Translations under genes and position numbers: made by a program
Notes under the pieces: model-generated
Databases searched by the model: none
What the model saw: the letters and a program-made list of their open reading frames with translations, nothing else
Told to the model about the DNA's origin: nothing
Origin: Eukaryota sp. TZLM1-RC
Taxonomy: Eukaryota > Protista > Metamonada: BaSk clade
Assembly (NCBI GenBank): GCA_040285825.1
Contig: JAUPSS010000007.1
Coordinates: 1,388,501-1,452,500 of the forward strand
Length of the DNA: 64,000 bases
Direction: 5' to 3'
In this document: positions 50,093 through 63,725 of the stretch, in pieces
Layout: the number at the start of each line of letters is the position of its first letter
How positions within the stretch are numbered: position 1 is the stretch's first letter

Positions 50093-50505
50093 TTTAGTTG
50101 AATCAGATTTTTTTGATTGTGTTTGTGCATTTATTCAATAGTTTTTCTTAAAATGTAGTTAATTTATTTATTCAAAAAACTGGATAAAATTTTGTATTTT
50201 TCTTTTCTTCTTTCACAGTAAAGATGGTAAAATTGCAACAACATTTTGTGTGTTTGTTTATTTTTCAAACGAAACTCTTCAATCAAAACAGTTTCAGCGA
50301 TTTTATCAATGATTTCCATAACGCATCCTTCAATAAGAGCATTCAGATTAAATACTTTTATCTAAACTGATTTCAACAAATTTTTTCATGATTGTTAGTA
50401 TAAAAAAATGATATCCTGCACATCTCTTGAGACGAAATTTATTGCTGATACATTAAAGAAAAATGTTTCTTTAAAAATTAAAAATTGATTTCTACATAAG
50501 ATTAA

Positions 50506-51814
50506 GACCTTTGGCTCAAAAGTTTAATGAGTTACGTGCAAAAGTTCTGTCTCAATTACTGGGATGTAAAATGTTTCAAATTCCAGATCATGCTTACCTT
50601 AGTCCACATTATGGTGGTTTAGGGTGGACGAAGGCTTCTATTCTTACCTCGTGTGCTTTTGTTGGTGGATGCAGAAATGCAATCTTTGAGTTTTCCGAAA
50701 GATTTGCAGATTGGGAAGATTTATTGATGACAACGCAAAGTTCCACTGTTTTTGCATTAAATGAAGAAATTTCAAGAATTGATGTAGAAAAATGGGGTCG
50801 ATGTTTTCCCCAATCATTCAATGGCAATATTCCAGAAAAAAATGTTTTAAATTTGAAGTACACTCTTCGAACATTACAGAAAAGATTGACTGGAATGTAT
50901 GAAAAAGATCTTTATAATAATATTTGCAGCTCGGCTGTTTTAAATCAAGATCTTCACTCATTGTTATTGGAAAAGGGTGTTTGTGAAAACAAGTCGTCAG
51001 ATTCTTCACTTTTTGTAACCATTGTACCACAAAGATTTGGATTGTGTGCCACTAATGAAGCATTTGTAACAAAAATGAGATTATATTTGAACATCCCCAT
51101 TAACCAATTATTATCAACAGAAAAATGTATTTGTTCGAATTCACCTCAACTCACTTTGCGCCATGCTCTGAATTGCTCTAAATTGATAACTTATCGTTCT
51201 TCATTACATGATGCTGTTAGAGACACTGTTTTCAATATGGCACAAACTGCAAGGATATCGTGTATCAAAGAGCCCCTGCTGAAGGAAACACTTTCTCTGA
51301 ATAATTTTGGTTCTGATGATAGAGGCGATGTATACTGTGATTAGATTGATAATTCTGAAGCTATTGTTGACTTTGTCTCATTTAATGTAGCAAATGATAC
51401 TTTGGTTCACAGAAGAAAACTTAATCCTGTGGCTGCTCTGGATTTTAAAGCAAAAGAGAAACATGGAAAACATGATAAAGATATTGAAGAGGCTAATGTC
51501 GATAGAAATACACAGCTGGTTTTTATTGCTTTCCCATTTTCGATAAATGGAAGATTATCAGTTGAAGCAGAAACTTTTTTGAATGACTTCCAAAAAATGG
51601 TGCAAGAAAAAACAATGAAAAGATTTGATATTTTTTTATGGCGTTCACGGATTCAATTTGCCATTATTAATAGATTACCTCGGTTTTTCAATCGAATTAG
51701 AGAAGTTTTAGCTAGACAGCAAGCAGATCAAGATTTTGTAGAGGAAATCTTGGTTCAATGATAGTCGTCCCATTAGTTATGAGTTAATTTAATTAAGTGT
51801 GCAAATTCAATAAA
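50506..51814 (+). mobile_element. 5'-truncated CRE family B copy with 13-bp TSD TACATAAGATTAA
   Basis: TSD at 50493-50505 and 51815-51827; near-identical to 8337-9646; one TGG>TAG stop at 51342. Confidence 0.93.
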
Positions 51815-52227
51815 TACATAAGATTAAATAATTATTCATCAATAATTTTAATCCATAATATAGTGATCAATCTTGTGACGTTTTTCAATTCATTCTCAGT
51901 GTACTTTATTTGGAGGTTTGGTGTTTGCAATCCAATGATTGTTTCAGGTTCAATTTCCCAAAAACTATCATGATTTGTTGTTTTATTTTTTAAATAGTTA
52001 TCTTTTTTTCTGCTGTTTCAATTTTTAATAACTGCAATTTTTTCGTAATTCTCCATTTGTTTGTTCAGTCTTTGTTAGTTTTGGAAATGGTTTTAGTACA
52101 ACCATTTGGACAAATTTTATTGTTTTTTATTATTCCAATTTTAATCCTGAAAGAATTGAACATGATAAAACAAAAGTGTTAAACCAATCACAAAAGATTA
52201 TTTAATCTTTAACGCTTATCAATTATA

Positions 52228-53280
52228 TTTATTGAACATGCACACTTAATTAAATTAATTCATAACTAATGGGGACGACTATCATTGAACCAAGATTTCC
52301 TCTACAAAATCTTGATCTGCTTGCTGTCTAGCTAAAGCTTCTCTTATTCGATTGAAAAACCAAGGTAATCTATTAAAGATAGCAAATTGAATCCGAGAAC
52401 GCCATAAACATATATCAAATCTTTTCATTGTCTTTTCTTGCACCATTTTTTGGAAGTCATTCAACAAAGTTTCTGCTTCATCTGATAATCTTCCATTTAT
52501 TGAAAATGGGAAAGCAATAAAAACTAGCTGTGTATTTCTACCAGCATTTGCTTCTTCAATATCGTTATCATATTTTCTATGTTTTTCCTTTGCTTTAAAA
52601 TCAAGAGCACTCACAGGATTAAGTTTTCTTCTGTGAACCAAAGTATCATTTGCAACATTACATGAGACAAAGTCAACAATAACTTCAGAATTATCAATCC
52701 AATCACAGTATACAACACCTCTATCATCAGAACCAAAATTATTCAGAGAAAGTGTTTCCTTCAGCAGAGGCTCTTTCAAACACGATATTCTTGCAGTTTG
52801 TGCCATATGGAAAACAGTGTCTCTAAGAGCATCATGTAATGAAGAACGATAAGTTATCAATTTTGAGCAATTCAGAGCATGGCGCAAAGTGAGTTGAGGT
52901 GAATTTCGAACAAATACATTTTTCTTTTGATAATAATTGATTAACGGGGATATTCAAATATAATCTCATTTTTGCTACAATTGCTTCATTAGTGGCACAC
53001 AATCCAAATCTTCGTGGTACAATGGTTACAAAAAGTGAAGAATCTGATGACTTATTTTCACAAACATTCTTTTCCAATAACAATGAGTGAAGATCTTGAT
53101 TTAAAACAGCCGAGCTGCATATATCATTATAAGGATCATTTTCATGCATTCCTGTCAATCGTTTCTGTAATGTTCGAAGAGTGTATTTTAAATTCAAAAG
53201 ATTCTTTTCTGGACTATTGCCATTGAATGATTGGGGAAAGCATCGACTCCATTTTTCTACATCAATTTTGGAAATTTCAT
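52228..53280 (-). mobile_element. 5'-truncated CRE family B copy, tail-to-tail with 50506-51814
   Basis: ORFs 52832-53197 and 52282-52887 give the same CCHC/RLE sequence and the same 3' end (TTCAATAAATA). Confidence 0.92.
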
Positions 53281-53309
53281 TCTAGTATAATCTCTATCTT
53301 GTCGCAAAC

Positions 53310-54550
53310 GCTTCATAATAACGTGCCTCATAAATTGATTTGTAAGTGTGGATCAAAATTTTTCCAAATCATATATTCGATTGCAAACATTTAAAAACTT
53401 CTCGATCAAAAGTTCATGATGCAGTAAGAGATCAACTCTACTGTGTGTCAAAATTGTAAGTCATTGTTTTTTATTGATCACCGTTGCTTTCCCGTATGGT
53501 TGCTGCAGATACTTCAATTCCTTTGATCGAACTGAAGGTCTTTAGTGCTTGAAGGTCTTGAAGGTACTACCATTATTGCGAGAAATCAAATCAAATTTTC
53601 CTGAACTTGAAACCTTTGTTTATAGGTTTTATGGTAATTCATATATTTATTGATGATTTTGATAACCTTGTAAAAAGAAGAATGAATAAGCGTTTTGATT
53701 GTCGCTTGTGGCTAAATCGTATTGTTTTTACCATTTTCAAATCAATTCCTAAAATGATTTCGAAAGCTTTAATGTCTGTCAGTGCACATTACGAAGACAT
53801 TGCTGCTGTAAGGTTTAATGGTGTGGAAGCTTGTTTGGATGATATTGACTTTTAGACTGTGGTTTTGAAAATAAATTAAAATTAAAAGAAAAATAACTTT
53901 TTGCAGATGCGAGACCCACTGATGTCTGTTATGATTCTTGTATTCCAATAGCTCTAGTATTTCTGAACGAAAACCTACAGTCTCTTCTTATTGACAGATT
54001 TTGGTAATAAAGACAAAGAATTTTAACCTTGTCGTATCCTTTGGTTTTTATTGTAATTAATACAAAAAAGTTTCTAGAAAAAACTTCCAAACAATTGTTT
54101 GAAGAGTTGAACTCAATTGCCTAAAAACTTAACCGAATGATGCTTTGAGATTTTCTGAAACATATCCAATTAACTATTGTAGGACTGCGTTTTAGTTCCA
54201 ACTTCAATCATATATTTCGATCTACAAATCCTCTAATCACTAGGCAATTGACTTAGATGTTTGATGAATCACGTACAAAAGTTTTGTCACAATTACTGTG
54301 ATGTAGAATGTTCCAAATTCCAAACCATGCTTATCTTAGTCCACATAATGGCGGTTTAGGTTGGAAAGAGGCTTTTGTTGTTACTTGGTGTGCTTTTATT
54401 GGTGGATGCAGAAATGTAATCATTGAGTTTTCCGAAAGATTTGCAGATTGGGAAGATTTATTGATGACAACGCAATGTTCCACTGTTTTTGCATTAGAAG
54501 CAGAAATTCAAATTTTGATGCAGAAAAAGTGAGTTGATGCATTCCCCAAT
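53310..54550 (+). mobile_element. Mosaic of decayed CRE fragments (D-like, C-like 3' end, B-like)
   Basis: HDAVRDQLYC; LWLNRIVFTIFKSIPKMISKAL; MFQIPNHAYLSPHNGGLG. Confidence 0.75.
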
Positions 54551-54867
54551 ATATGAATATAATATTGGCAGTAACAGAAAAAATTCTTTCATCTATGAAC
54601 CACCTTGCCATTTACTTCCACCCTTGTAGTTCTTTCAATACATCGAAAGGAGTCATGTCTATTCTTTTTCACTGAAAATCGATACGCAGAATTCTACACG
54701 TGAAAGAAGCTCTTACAATGCATCGAAATTGGCTTTCTGACACCATTGCCAATGTCTCTCTTTTTCTATGCAAGAACCGATGAACCATCATGAACCAATT
54801 CAATTGTACACAGCCTTGGTTTAAACAAAACAAAAAACTGAATAAATCGATTTTCATTATCGCCAAG

Positions 54868-55056
54868 TGTTAGTCTTTACACTATTCTAGAGTGTAGATA
54901 GACTTATCTATTTATTCTTGTATGCTAGCTTAATGTTCATAGTTTATTCATGGAGACCTCACTTGTGATGGTATTGAAATTCACTATAGCTCATTTCTCG
55001 TCATAATAAATTACTCTCTGGCTATACATATGTCTGACCCTAGCCCACAGGCATCA
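54868..55056 (+). mobile_element. Solo LTR (189 bp) of a related Gypsy family, 4-bp TSD CAAG
   Basis: Starts TGTTAGTCTT like the LTR at 63725, contains AATAAA, ends ATGTCTGACCCTAGCCCACAGGCATCA; CAAG at 54864-54867 and 55057-55060. Confidence 0.85.
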
Positions 55057-56544
55057 CAAGGCTAGATACTTTGCAACTGTCGAATTAAACTATATGAAGA
55101 AAAGTCAGCAATTGCTTCACAGCCGTGTCTTGAATCTTCTGGAAACATACTCAGTATATACCATAAATCAACTCAATAAAATACCAAAAACTACAATCAA
55201 TCTGGAACCTCTTGATTTCTACAACTGCACATCATGAATCAACTGCCATATCCATAGCTTCAGAACAAGGCTTAGTTCTGATTTAAAAACAAGCTTTAGA
55301 AATTGTGTTGCCATTGAGATAATGTCAATCAAATATTTGATTGTTTTGATCTACATTTTGTCAAGAAAAAGTCAGAAATATTGGAACAAACGCCGATAAA
55401 ATCAGAGTTCGCTCATGAAATCTCAATCGACTTGTTTTTCTGACAGTGCGTCTTTCATTTGATGGACAACAGTATCTTCAAAATGTTTGAACATCAATAA
55501 GGATTAAGGTGATTTTCTTGAAACAACGTGCCAAAGTCAACACGTTAAATATGAATCATTTATTAGGTAACACAAACAGAAAATCAACTTTAAGGTGTTA
55601 AAACTAACAATGAACCAATATCAAAAATGTATCGATGTTTTGGTCTTTTTCATTCAAATATTGAAATCGCAAATGAAGCTTCCATCTGATCAAACAATTT
55701 CATGTTGCATAGCTGTAACAAATCGATAACATGTCCAAATGCAATTGTAGAACTTTTGTCTTGCATTTTTGCTTCAACGTTTTTTTGGATTACATAAGAA
55801 TAAATGGTTTTATTTTTTGCAAAGGTTTGAGATTTGAAATCAATCGAAAAAACGAAACAGTCGAATTTTGGTTTCTTGAACAACTTATTTTTTCCACAAT
55901 ACTCAAGAGAAAAATGAATTAGCGTTAATGTAGCGCGGTTCACTTTGCGTCATGCATTGAATTTTTCAACATCGATATTCCATTGTCGTTCATAACATGA
56001 TGCTGTTAGAGACAATTTTTCGGTATTGCACAACGTACAACAATGTCGTGTATCACAGGGCCTCTATTTCTTACAAAATTTTGGGGTTTATTGATTTAAG
56101 AACATGTCAACAAGAAATACAACAATCAAACTGTAGATCAACAAACGGTGTATCCACCCTCCTTCAAAACAGTTAAATGCCAAGGATTCAAGAAATTGTC
56201 CAAATTACAATCGTGACTGAGAAAAGAAATTCACCATCCAATAAAAAATGGAAACTGTCATCATGTTTGGCTAGTAAACGTGACTGAGAATTTTTCCAGT
56301 TCTTTTGTTTACAACTACATCTGAATCTTCAAGGGAAAGCATCTTTGTGTTGTATCGGGTACTGTCAACAAAATATAGACTTCACTAGTGACAGCCTCTG
56401 TAAAAACCAGTGAATTTATTAAGATGTGTCCAGGTGTTCCATCTGTGTTTTAAAAAGATATAAATATTATTCTAATCATAAAGAAATTATTGCCAATCAA
56501 TATGAACTAAAACAGTACTAAAGATATGGCAACAACAAGCCTTC

Positions 56545-56693
56545 TGATGGTCTTCGCTGGTTAGTATCAGACATAACTGTATAAAAGTAAGGAGATTTAT
56601 CACGAAAAGGAATTGCATTCTCTCTTCTTAAACTAATAGGCGGAATACTAATAAACTATATAAATATACTATAAATACTATTCAAGACTAACA
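56545..56693 (-). repeat. 3' LTR; preceded by polypurine tract AAAGAGAGGAGAAGGCAG (about 56694-56711)
   Basis: TGTTAG..ACCATCA; about 8 mismatches in 149 bp vs the 5' LTR; the integrase stop codon lies inside it. Confidence 0.95.
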
Positions 56694-59600
56694 CTGCCTT
56701 CTCCTCTCTTTCGAGCGACGAGCCCTGGAAGGTCTAGTCACAGGAGGTGAACCATTGGAATTGGTACGCTTCTTGGGAGGAGCGGATTTAGTACGGCGAC
56801 GTGCTTTTGAAGTCTTGATAAAGTCTTTATACGCGGCAGTATTTTGGACTGTAGACGCGTGTTCAGTGGTAAACGAATTGGATACGATTTCAGTAATTAG
56901 GAAAGGTCCTAAATAATCTCCATGTAGCTTAACGGAGGACCTGGAAGCTCGTAATACCAATTGACCAACTTCAAAAGAATTTGGAGTTGTGGATCTAGTT
57001 AGCTTGGAAGCTTGATGGTGTGCTGCCCTTTCCTGTTTTTCTTTCAACCTTCGAAATTTAGATTGAATTTCTTGAATAAAAGATTACTCAGACGTCGAGC
57101 TTTCAATGATTTCAAGAATTTTGCCAGGGTCTGATCTAGGAGACACATCTGAGCCAAAGATCACTTACTTGGTATGGAGTGTGGTTAGTTATTGAGCTCT
57201 TGGAAGAGTTGATCAATAATTGCACATAAGGCAAGTATTCAGACCACACATCGTAGGCGTTGAAGTCTACGAGCAATTTCCGTAGGTTTTGCAGAATGTC
57301 TCTGTGTCGGCGCTCTACCAGGCCGTTGGACTGAGAAAACCTCGGTATTGACTTTGACACCTCTATGCTTAAAAATTTGCTTAGTTCGTCAAAGACAGCT
57401 TTGGAAAATTCGGGTATATTATCGCTGTGGATTTGAAATGGAATACCAAAGATGGCACAGACTTTCCAAATTAATGCATCTGCAGTAAGATTGGCATTTA
57501 TCTCTTTGAAAGGCACGATGATCGTGAATCTAGAGAAGCTGTCAATAAATACGAGGATGTATTTGTAGCCTTCTTGATCTGCTGGGAGAGGACCAATAAT
57601 GTCGGTTTTGACGCGAGCAGAAGGTCTGTCGGCCTACAATGAACCGGTTGGGGGAACATGCAGTTTGGGAACTGGCTTTGTTTTCTGACAGGAGGGCATT
57701 CTTGGACGTACTTATTCATGTCGGTAAGCATGTTTGGCCACCAATAATCGCTATTTCTGAGCTTGTTCAGGCTTTCAGCTCTGCTTGGATGGCCTCCTTG
57801 CAGAAGTCCATGCAACAAGTTAAGGGTGTCCTTAATGAGTGATTTGGGAATCACTATCTTGTTGTCGTGAGTTATATATAAATCAAGATGATTGTTATGA
57901 ACACAGTTGTTGAAAGAGGGGTCATTGGAAGCTATAGCAAGCTTCTGTTCGGACCTAATCCTAGAGAGCCATGGCTCGAAAATAGGCAGGTCGTTGGAAC
58001 ATCGTTCTCTGATGACCATGATACGTTTGAAGTTGTTTAAGTCTTCGATGTAGTATCTTTCATTTTCTGTTCCATCAATTTTATCGATGTAAAATATTGG
58101 ATGAAAATTTGGAGACATTTGATGGGACAAATGATTGATCTCTTGATGGTCTATAGGCGGAACTATTCGAGACAACATATCAGCCCAGAAGTTATCTTCG
58201 CCTTTGGTATGTACCAAATCGAAGCAGAATTCGGAGAATATGGGTAACCATCTGGTTACAATTTTGTTCTTCTCAGGAGCCGTGAACATGTAGGTAAGGT
58301 TTTGATGGTCTGTGAATATGACCAGTTTCCTTCCTTTCAAGTAGTTTTCAAAACCACTTTGAGTTAACATGAGCAGGATGGCATAGAGTTCCTTTTGGTT
58401 TGTCGGCCAGTTCTTTTGCAAGTTGGTTAACAACCGGCTGAAGAAGCTGAATGACCTACATTTGCTGTTGATCGGGGAGAGGGGGGGGGAGGTACCGGGG
58501 TAGTCGACTCGTTCGAATTGTTCCCATATGACGCCGCCTACAGCTATGTCGGATGCATCGCAACTAATTGAAATTTGGTTTTCCAGAGGAGGTAAGCTGA
58601 GCGGCATGTGCTTCGCTATCAGTTGTTTGATCTTTTAGAGGAGTCCGTCGTGCATGTCGGTCCATTGTAGGCGTTGCGCGCGGGGCTTGGATTTAACGTT
58701 GGAGTTGTTTCCATCATTCTTAGTCAATTTGATGATAGGAGCGATGAGCTCAGATACCTGAGGAATCCATTCTCTAATGAAGTTGACTGATCCTACGAGG
58801 CTGCGGATGTCTTTGATTGTCTTTGGTCTAGGTAGATTCAACAAAGATTCAACGCGAGTGGGATCGATAGTCCGTTGTTTGTTTTGAAAACATTGCCCAG
58901 TATCTTGATTGGGTGTCTGGAAGACACGAAATGGCACTTTGGAAGTCCCAAGGAAACTCTTTTGCATCTGGCTTGATCAAGGACGCGACGGAGGCGTTCA
59001 ATGAATTCGTCAAAGGTTGAACCTATGATTATGATGTCATCTATGTAAATGAAGACACCGTCTCCAGAGAAAATGTCAGCCATGACGTTTTGGAAAACGG
59101 CTGGGACATTCTTTAGGCCAAAAGCTGCACGTTCGAACATGATACTTTTGCCGGGAATGCTCAGGGCTGTTCTGCCAGTCCTTTTCAGCAATCTTGAGTT
59201 GCCAAGAGGCTTTGGGGAGGTCAAAGATGCCTATGTAGTTCGCTTGGGAGAGAAATACCAGCACATCGGAGATCCTTGGAAGGTTGGGCTCAACAGGAAT
59301 GGTGTTGGCGTTGACTCCGTCCTTGCCACTATAATCACCGGTAAGGCGGGGCTTACGGTGATTTGGGTAGACCACTAGACAGACAGGGGAGCTGAACTCA
59401 TGGTTCGATGGAACAGCAAATCCTGAGTCTACAAGATCGTCGAAAATTTGGTTAGCGACCTCTAGCCTGACTGGATTCAGGGTCCTGGGGGGTCTTCTAA
59501 CTCTGACGTCTTCATTGTAGAAGTTGATTTCCATGGGAGGGCAATCTATACCTTCAGCATGAGGCTTGAGGGTAAATACGTCTTCGAACTCTTTCAAAGT

Positions 59601-62600
59601 TTGAAGTAGGGACTTCTTGAAATGGTCGTTGTCGAGGTTGATGGTACAACCAGATGAGTTGATGTGTTCCAACCAACGTGTGGAAACGTTGACGACTTCT
59701 GAAGCTTGTGATATTCGATGATCGAATTCGGCTTCAGGTAATAGTAATGTGCGACAGGCGTCGTCCATTCTAATGTAAATGCCCTTGTTGTTCATCAGTC
59801 CAAGGTGACTCAACAAGTCAGCACAGATGAGAATGGCCTCATGTTCAGGAACGATGCTGAACTTGTGTTTCACATGTACAATCTGGGTAAGTCTAATGCT
59901 AAGGGTTCCAGAAGCAGTACCAAGGGACTGTGAGGTAGTTCCATCAGCAATCTTGTAGGATATGGTTTCGCTGGAACGAGCCATGTTACAATTACTGATG
60001 ACGTCTTCCGTGACTACTGAGCATGTTGCGCCAGAGTCGATTATGCCTTTAACTTCGACATTGTTGATCGAAAAGTTTAATTGTAGGCAGTTGTGATTCG
60101 TGGATTGCACCATAAAAATTGTATCAGAATCATGTCCATTCAAGTCGGCTTGTTCTGAGAAGAAGTTAGCCTGACTGTTGAGTATCTTGGTAGGTTCCAA
60201 GTTGGCCAGTGGATTGATTAGGGAATCTTTCCATGCTGAGCTTTCTGTGTGTATTTGTGTTGTTGTTGTAGGGGGTATGGTTACGAAAGTACATAAATAG
60301 TGACGGGAACGTTTATTGTAAGAAGAGCCTCTGCCTCTGCCGCGAGTGCCTCTTCGACTACGGAAACCAGAACCTCTAGAACTTCTACCTCGAGCTTGCT
60401 GTTGAGCTTGTTGCTCTCTCCACTTTTTGCTTCTTTGGCAGTCCTCACTAGGGCACCTTTCAGTCGGTTGACCCATTTGTTTACAGATTGCATTGAACAT
60501 TGGACTCAGACTCAGTGGAAGACGGTTGAGTAGAGCTTCCTTCTTGCCGATGTTGTTTTGGGCGCCTGCCAGAGCTGGAACCTCTTGGTTTGGGGATAGC
60601 AGGGAAGAAGGTACCGTCTGTCTGCGATGGTTTTCAGTCTGAAATGAGATTCTGTTCTGATACAAGAAGTCAACGTGATTAATCTGCTCCTTGAAAGATC
60701 TAGCATTACACAAATTTTCGTATTGTATTTGGAGAACACTGAAAAATTCTCCTAGGGTGTGGTCATCTGAGTAGTAATGGGAGGGATTGGACCAGATCCT
60801 GAGGAGTCTGTCCCTGATGATGGTGATATCGATGCTTTCGATGACGTGAGAAGCAATTCCCATTCGGGAAGTCGGTCGACGGGGTTTTCGTGGATGGTGA
60901 TGTGTCTCATCTGTTGAGTCAGACCACGAACATCTTGGATAGCGGTGGAACGCGTTAAAATTCTACCTATGTTAAGCATGAAGTCTATCCATCTGTTACC
61001 ATAATCTCTCTCAGACCAATCCATGTTTACAGCATGTAGTGCGTCCAGGGCTTGATCCAGTCTAGTAAATTGGGTTCTCCTTAGGATCTGTTCCCAAATG
61101 TTGCGTTCGTCTCTGCTGGTTGGGACCATGGTAGAGGAAATTGAAAGGCCAGTGCCTTGATACCTTAAAGCGTTGAGAGCTTCAGGTGTAACGCATTCAG
61201 CTAAGTTTCTGGGACTAATGCACATGGCAGATCTGAAGAGATCCCATTCATGAATTGGTTTACTGTCGAACCGTTGATCAGATGCCAGTTCTGCTGATCT
61301 AGCTAGTTCAGGTTCTTCGCGAAGTCTAGCAACTTTGCTGGCCAAAGCAACTTGGGCAGGATCCTCAATGTTGCCTCGAGCCTCGTCTACAATTCTATCC
61401 GTACGACTCCAGAGGATAATCTTGTTAACAAACTTGAGGAGTTTATCAACGTCTTTTAAATCTGTCGTGTCGAGAGTTGGAATTTTGGGGCGGTCTCTGC
61501 GTCTATTGTCCCTATCTCTTGATTCCACCATGGACGATAGGAGAAGGTTACTATCGTAAGTACCTGAGAAAGTAAAACGTGAAGAACTAACCGTAGAAGG
61601 TGTTGGTTGAGCCGTGTGTTGTGAACTTGTTGAACCAGTGGAAGGAGGTGTGGGTGGAACCACTGATTGTTCCATAGGCTGTGCAGGTGCTGGAGTTTGT
61701 TCCATTGGTACAAGCACAGTTGGAATTGAGTCTGGAGTTGGGGACTCATCACTGACTTCTACTACAACATCCTCTTCAGTTTGTTCCATAAGAGGATTAT
61801 GCGAGGGTTGTGTTGAAAGTTCTGTAGAAGTTTCCATAGGTTGTACTGCGGAGGGTGGAACTTCGCTTTGGTGAGGTTCAGGAGAAGGTTCTGTTTCTTC
61901 AATCTGGGCTGGAACCTGATAAGAAGAGATCGCTGGTTGAACCAAGCGTGTTTTCTCTATACAACCTTCCACCATGGCCCATTGCAATATCCTGGATTCT
62001 ATACATCCCGGGAAAACAGTGACGAGCTGGAGGGCTCTTTGAAGATTACCAGATCTTCTGTGGTCAGGACCACAATATGAAGCTATATGGTCAGGACGTC
62101 TGTCGTAAAGAAAGAGTCTTTCACCATATGTGGTTTCGGTTAACCACCACCCTGTTCTATAATCTCTGTCGATAAGGATATCGAGAGATGTGTTGTACCC
62201 AGGGCTGAACCTAGGGTAGGGGCAAGGGTTGTGAGCATTTATGAAGAGGTTATCTTCATCTCCAGCGAAGCGTCTGAATACTCCTTCTCGAGTAGTTCTC
62301 ATGAACCTAACTCCGGGTGTGGGGTCGTGAGTGGGTTCAGGATCGTGTCTCGTGCTCTCTGGAGTAATTCTTTCGTCGGAGAGATATGGACCAATCCTTG
62401 GAGTGATCCATAATCCTAGGTCATTTTCGACTCTAGGACCGAAAAAAGGACGACGCCCATTGCTCATTTCCGTGGGAGGGATGGTTTCGGGGTCTTCTGG
62501 AATTACTTGAGAATCCCTTTATCGGCCATAAGGATTGTGCTGACGGGAAGCACCACGATGAACACTTGAGCTAGCATAGGAGCTAGCTTGAGAAGGGGTG

Positions 62601-63576
62601 GGTTGAGCAGGTGTAGAGGATGTTCCTCTTCTAGCTTCAATCTGTCGGTCCAGTCTTTTCCTGTGTTCACAGTTTCGTTCTTCTTGAAGAAAACGCTCTA
62701 AATATTCTTTAGAGACCTCACCAGGAATTCTGTCAATTTCAGATGGAGGTGCCGTGGGAGGGACCTGATGATGAGGTAGAGGAGAGAATTCCTTGGGAGG
62801 TTCCTCGTACTCTACCAAATCTGGAAAGATTTGTTCGTACCACTTCCTTTGCTCTTCAGAAAGGTACTGAAGGAAGGTTCGAAGTGCTAGGAATGGAGTC
62901 ACTAGCCTGGAGAGGGGAAACAGACAGATTATTAACTCCACTTACTGTTGAAGTTAGAGGAGATTCTGAAGTTGGAACAGCAGGATTTTGACTGACTCTC
63001 CTTACAATTGGAATTGAAGGAAGTTGATGGGAGGATGGAACCTCAGACTCAGGTCTAGGAGATGAAGTTGGGACTTCAGTGTCCTGTCGAGAGGAAGGAG
63101 TTTGGACTTTCAGATCCTTCTGTGGTGTTTTGAGAAGGGTGAACCGTCTCTTTTCTTTGAATAGAAGGTGAAGGTGGAACTTCAGAGTTTCTTTCAGGGT
63201 GGGGAGAAGATGGGACTTCTGATACCCTGAGTGAAGAAGAAGATGGAGGAGCTTCGGAATCCTCAGCATCTTCGTCGTCGTAGGAGACTAACGAAGGGCT
63301 TCTTCCTTCTGAAGGAATAGAATCCTTAGAAGGGTTGTTTCCTTCCACAGGAACGGAATCCCGAGGAGGGGAGCTTCCTTCCATTGGAGCGGCATCCTCA
63401 GGAAGGGAATCGTCTTCCTTTGGGGTAGAACCCTCAGGAAGAGTGGCTTCAGGAAGCGCAGAAGCTTCTACTGAAGAAGAAGGCACGGGAGCTAGGTCTG
63501 TGGTTAGTGGTGAGGAAGAGGGACCAGTGTCTTCCTCGTGGATCCTGCGTTGAGCCGTTGACGAACCAACACGTAT

Positions 63577-63725
63577 TGATGGTCTTGGCTGGTTAGTACC
63601 AGACATAACTGTATAAAAACAAGGAGATTTATTACGAAGAGGAATTGCATTCTCTCTTCTTAAACTAATAGGTGGAATACTAATAAACTATATTAATATA
63701 CTATAAATACTATTCAAGACTAACA
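63577..63725 (-). repeat. 5' LTR; contains AATAAA and the ATG (63606) of the first ORF
   Basis: Direct repeat of 56545-56693 with TG..CA termini. Confidence 0.95.

Larger units (their letters stand above)
56545..63725 (-). mobile_element. Full-length degenerate Ty3/Gypsy LTR retrotransposon (7181 bp), 149-bp LTRs, 4-bp TSD GAAG
   Basis: Order gag - degenerate knuckle (AICKQMGQPTERC) - protease IIDSGAT - RT YIDD - RNase H (DASD, ELYA, TDH, ADMLSR) - integrase (GH..WWP..EC, HSDN, SNGLVER) - GPF. CTTC at 56541-56544 and 63726-63729. Several frameshifts. Confidence 0.96.

Noticed and set aside
52215-53295. TSD for the minus-strand family B copy
   Set aside because: Best candidate TCAATTATA/TCTAGTATA is too degenerate for AT-rich DNA.
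63560-63576. TGGTTCG as tRNA primer-binding site
   Set aside because: Starts 8 nt after the LTR rather than 1-3 nt, and I cannot match it to a tRNA 3' end.
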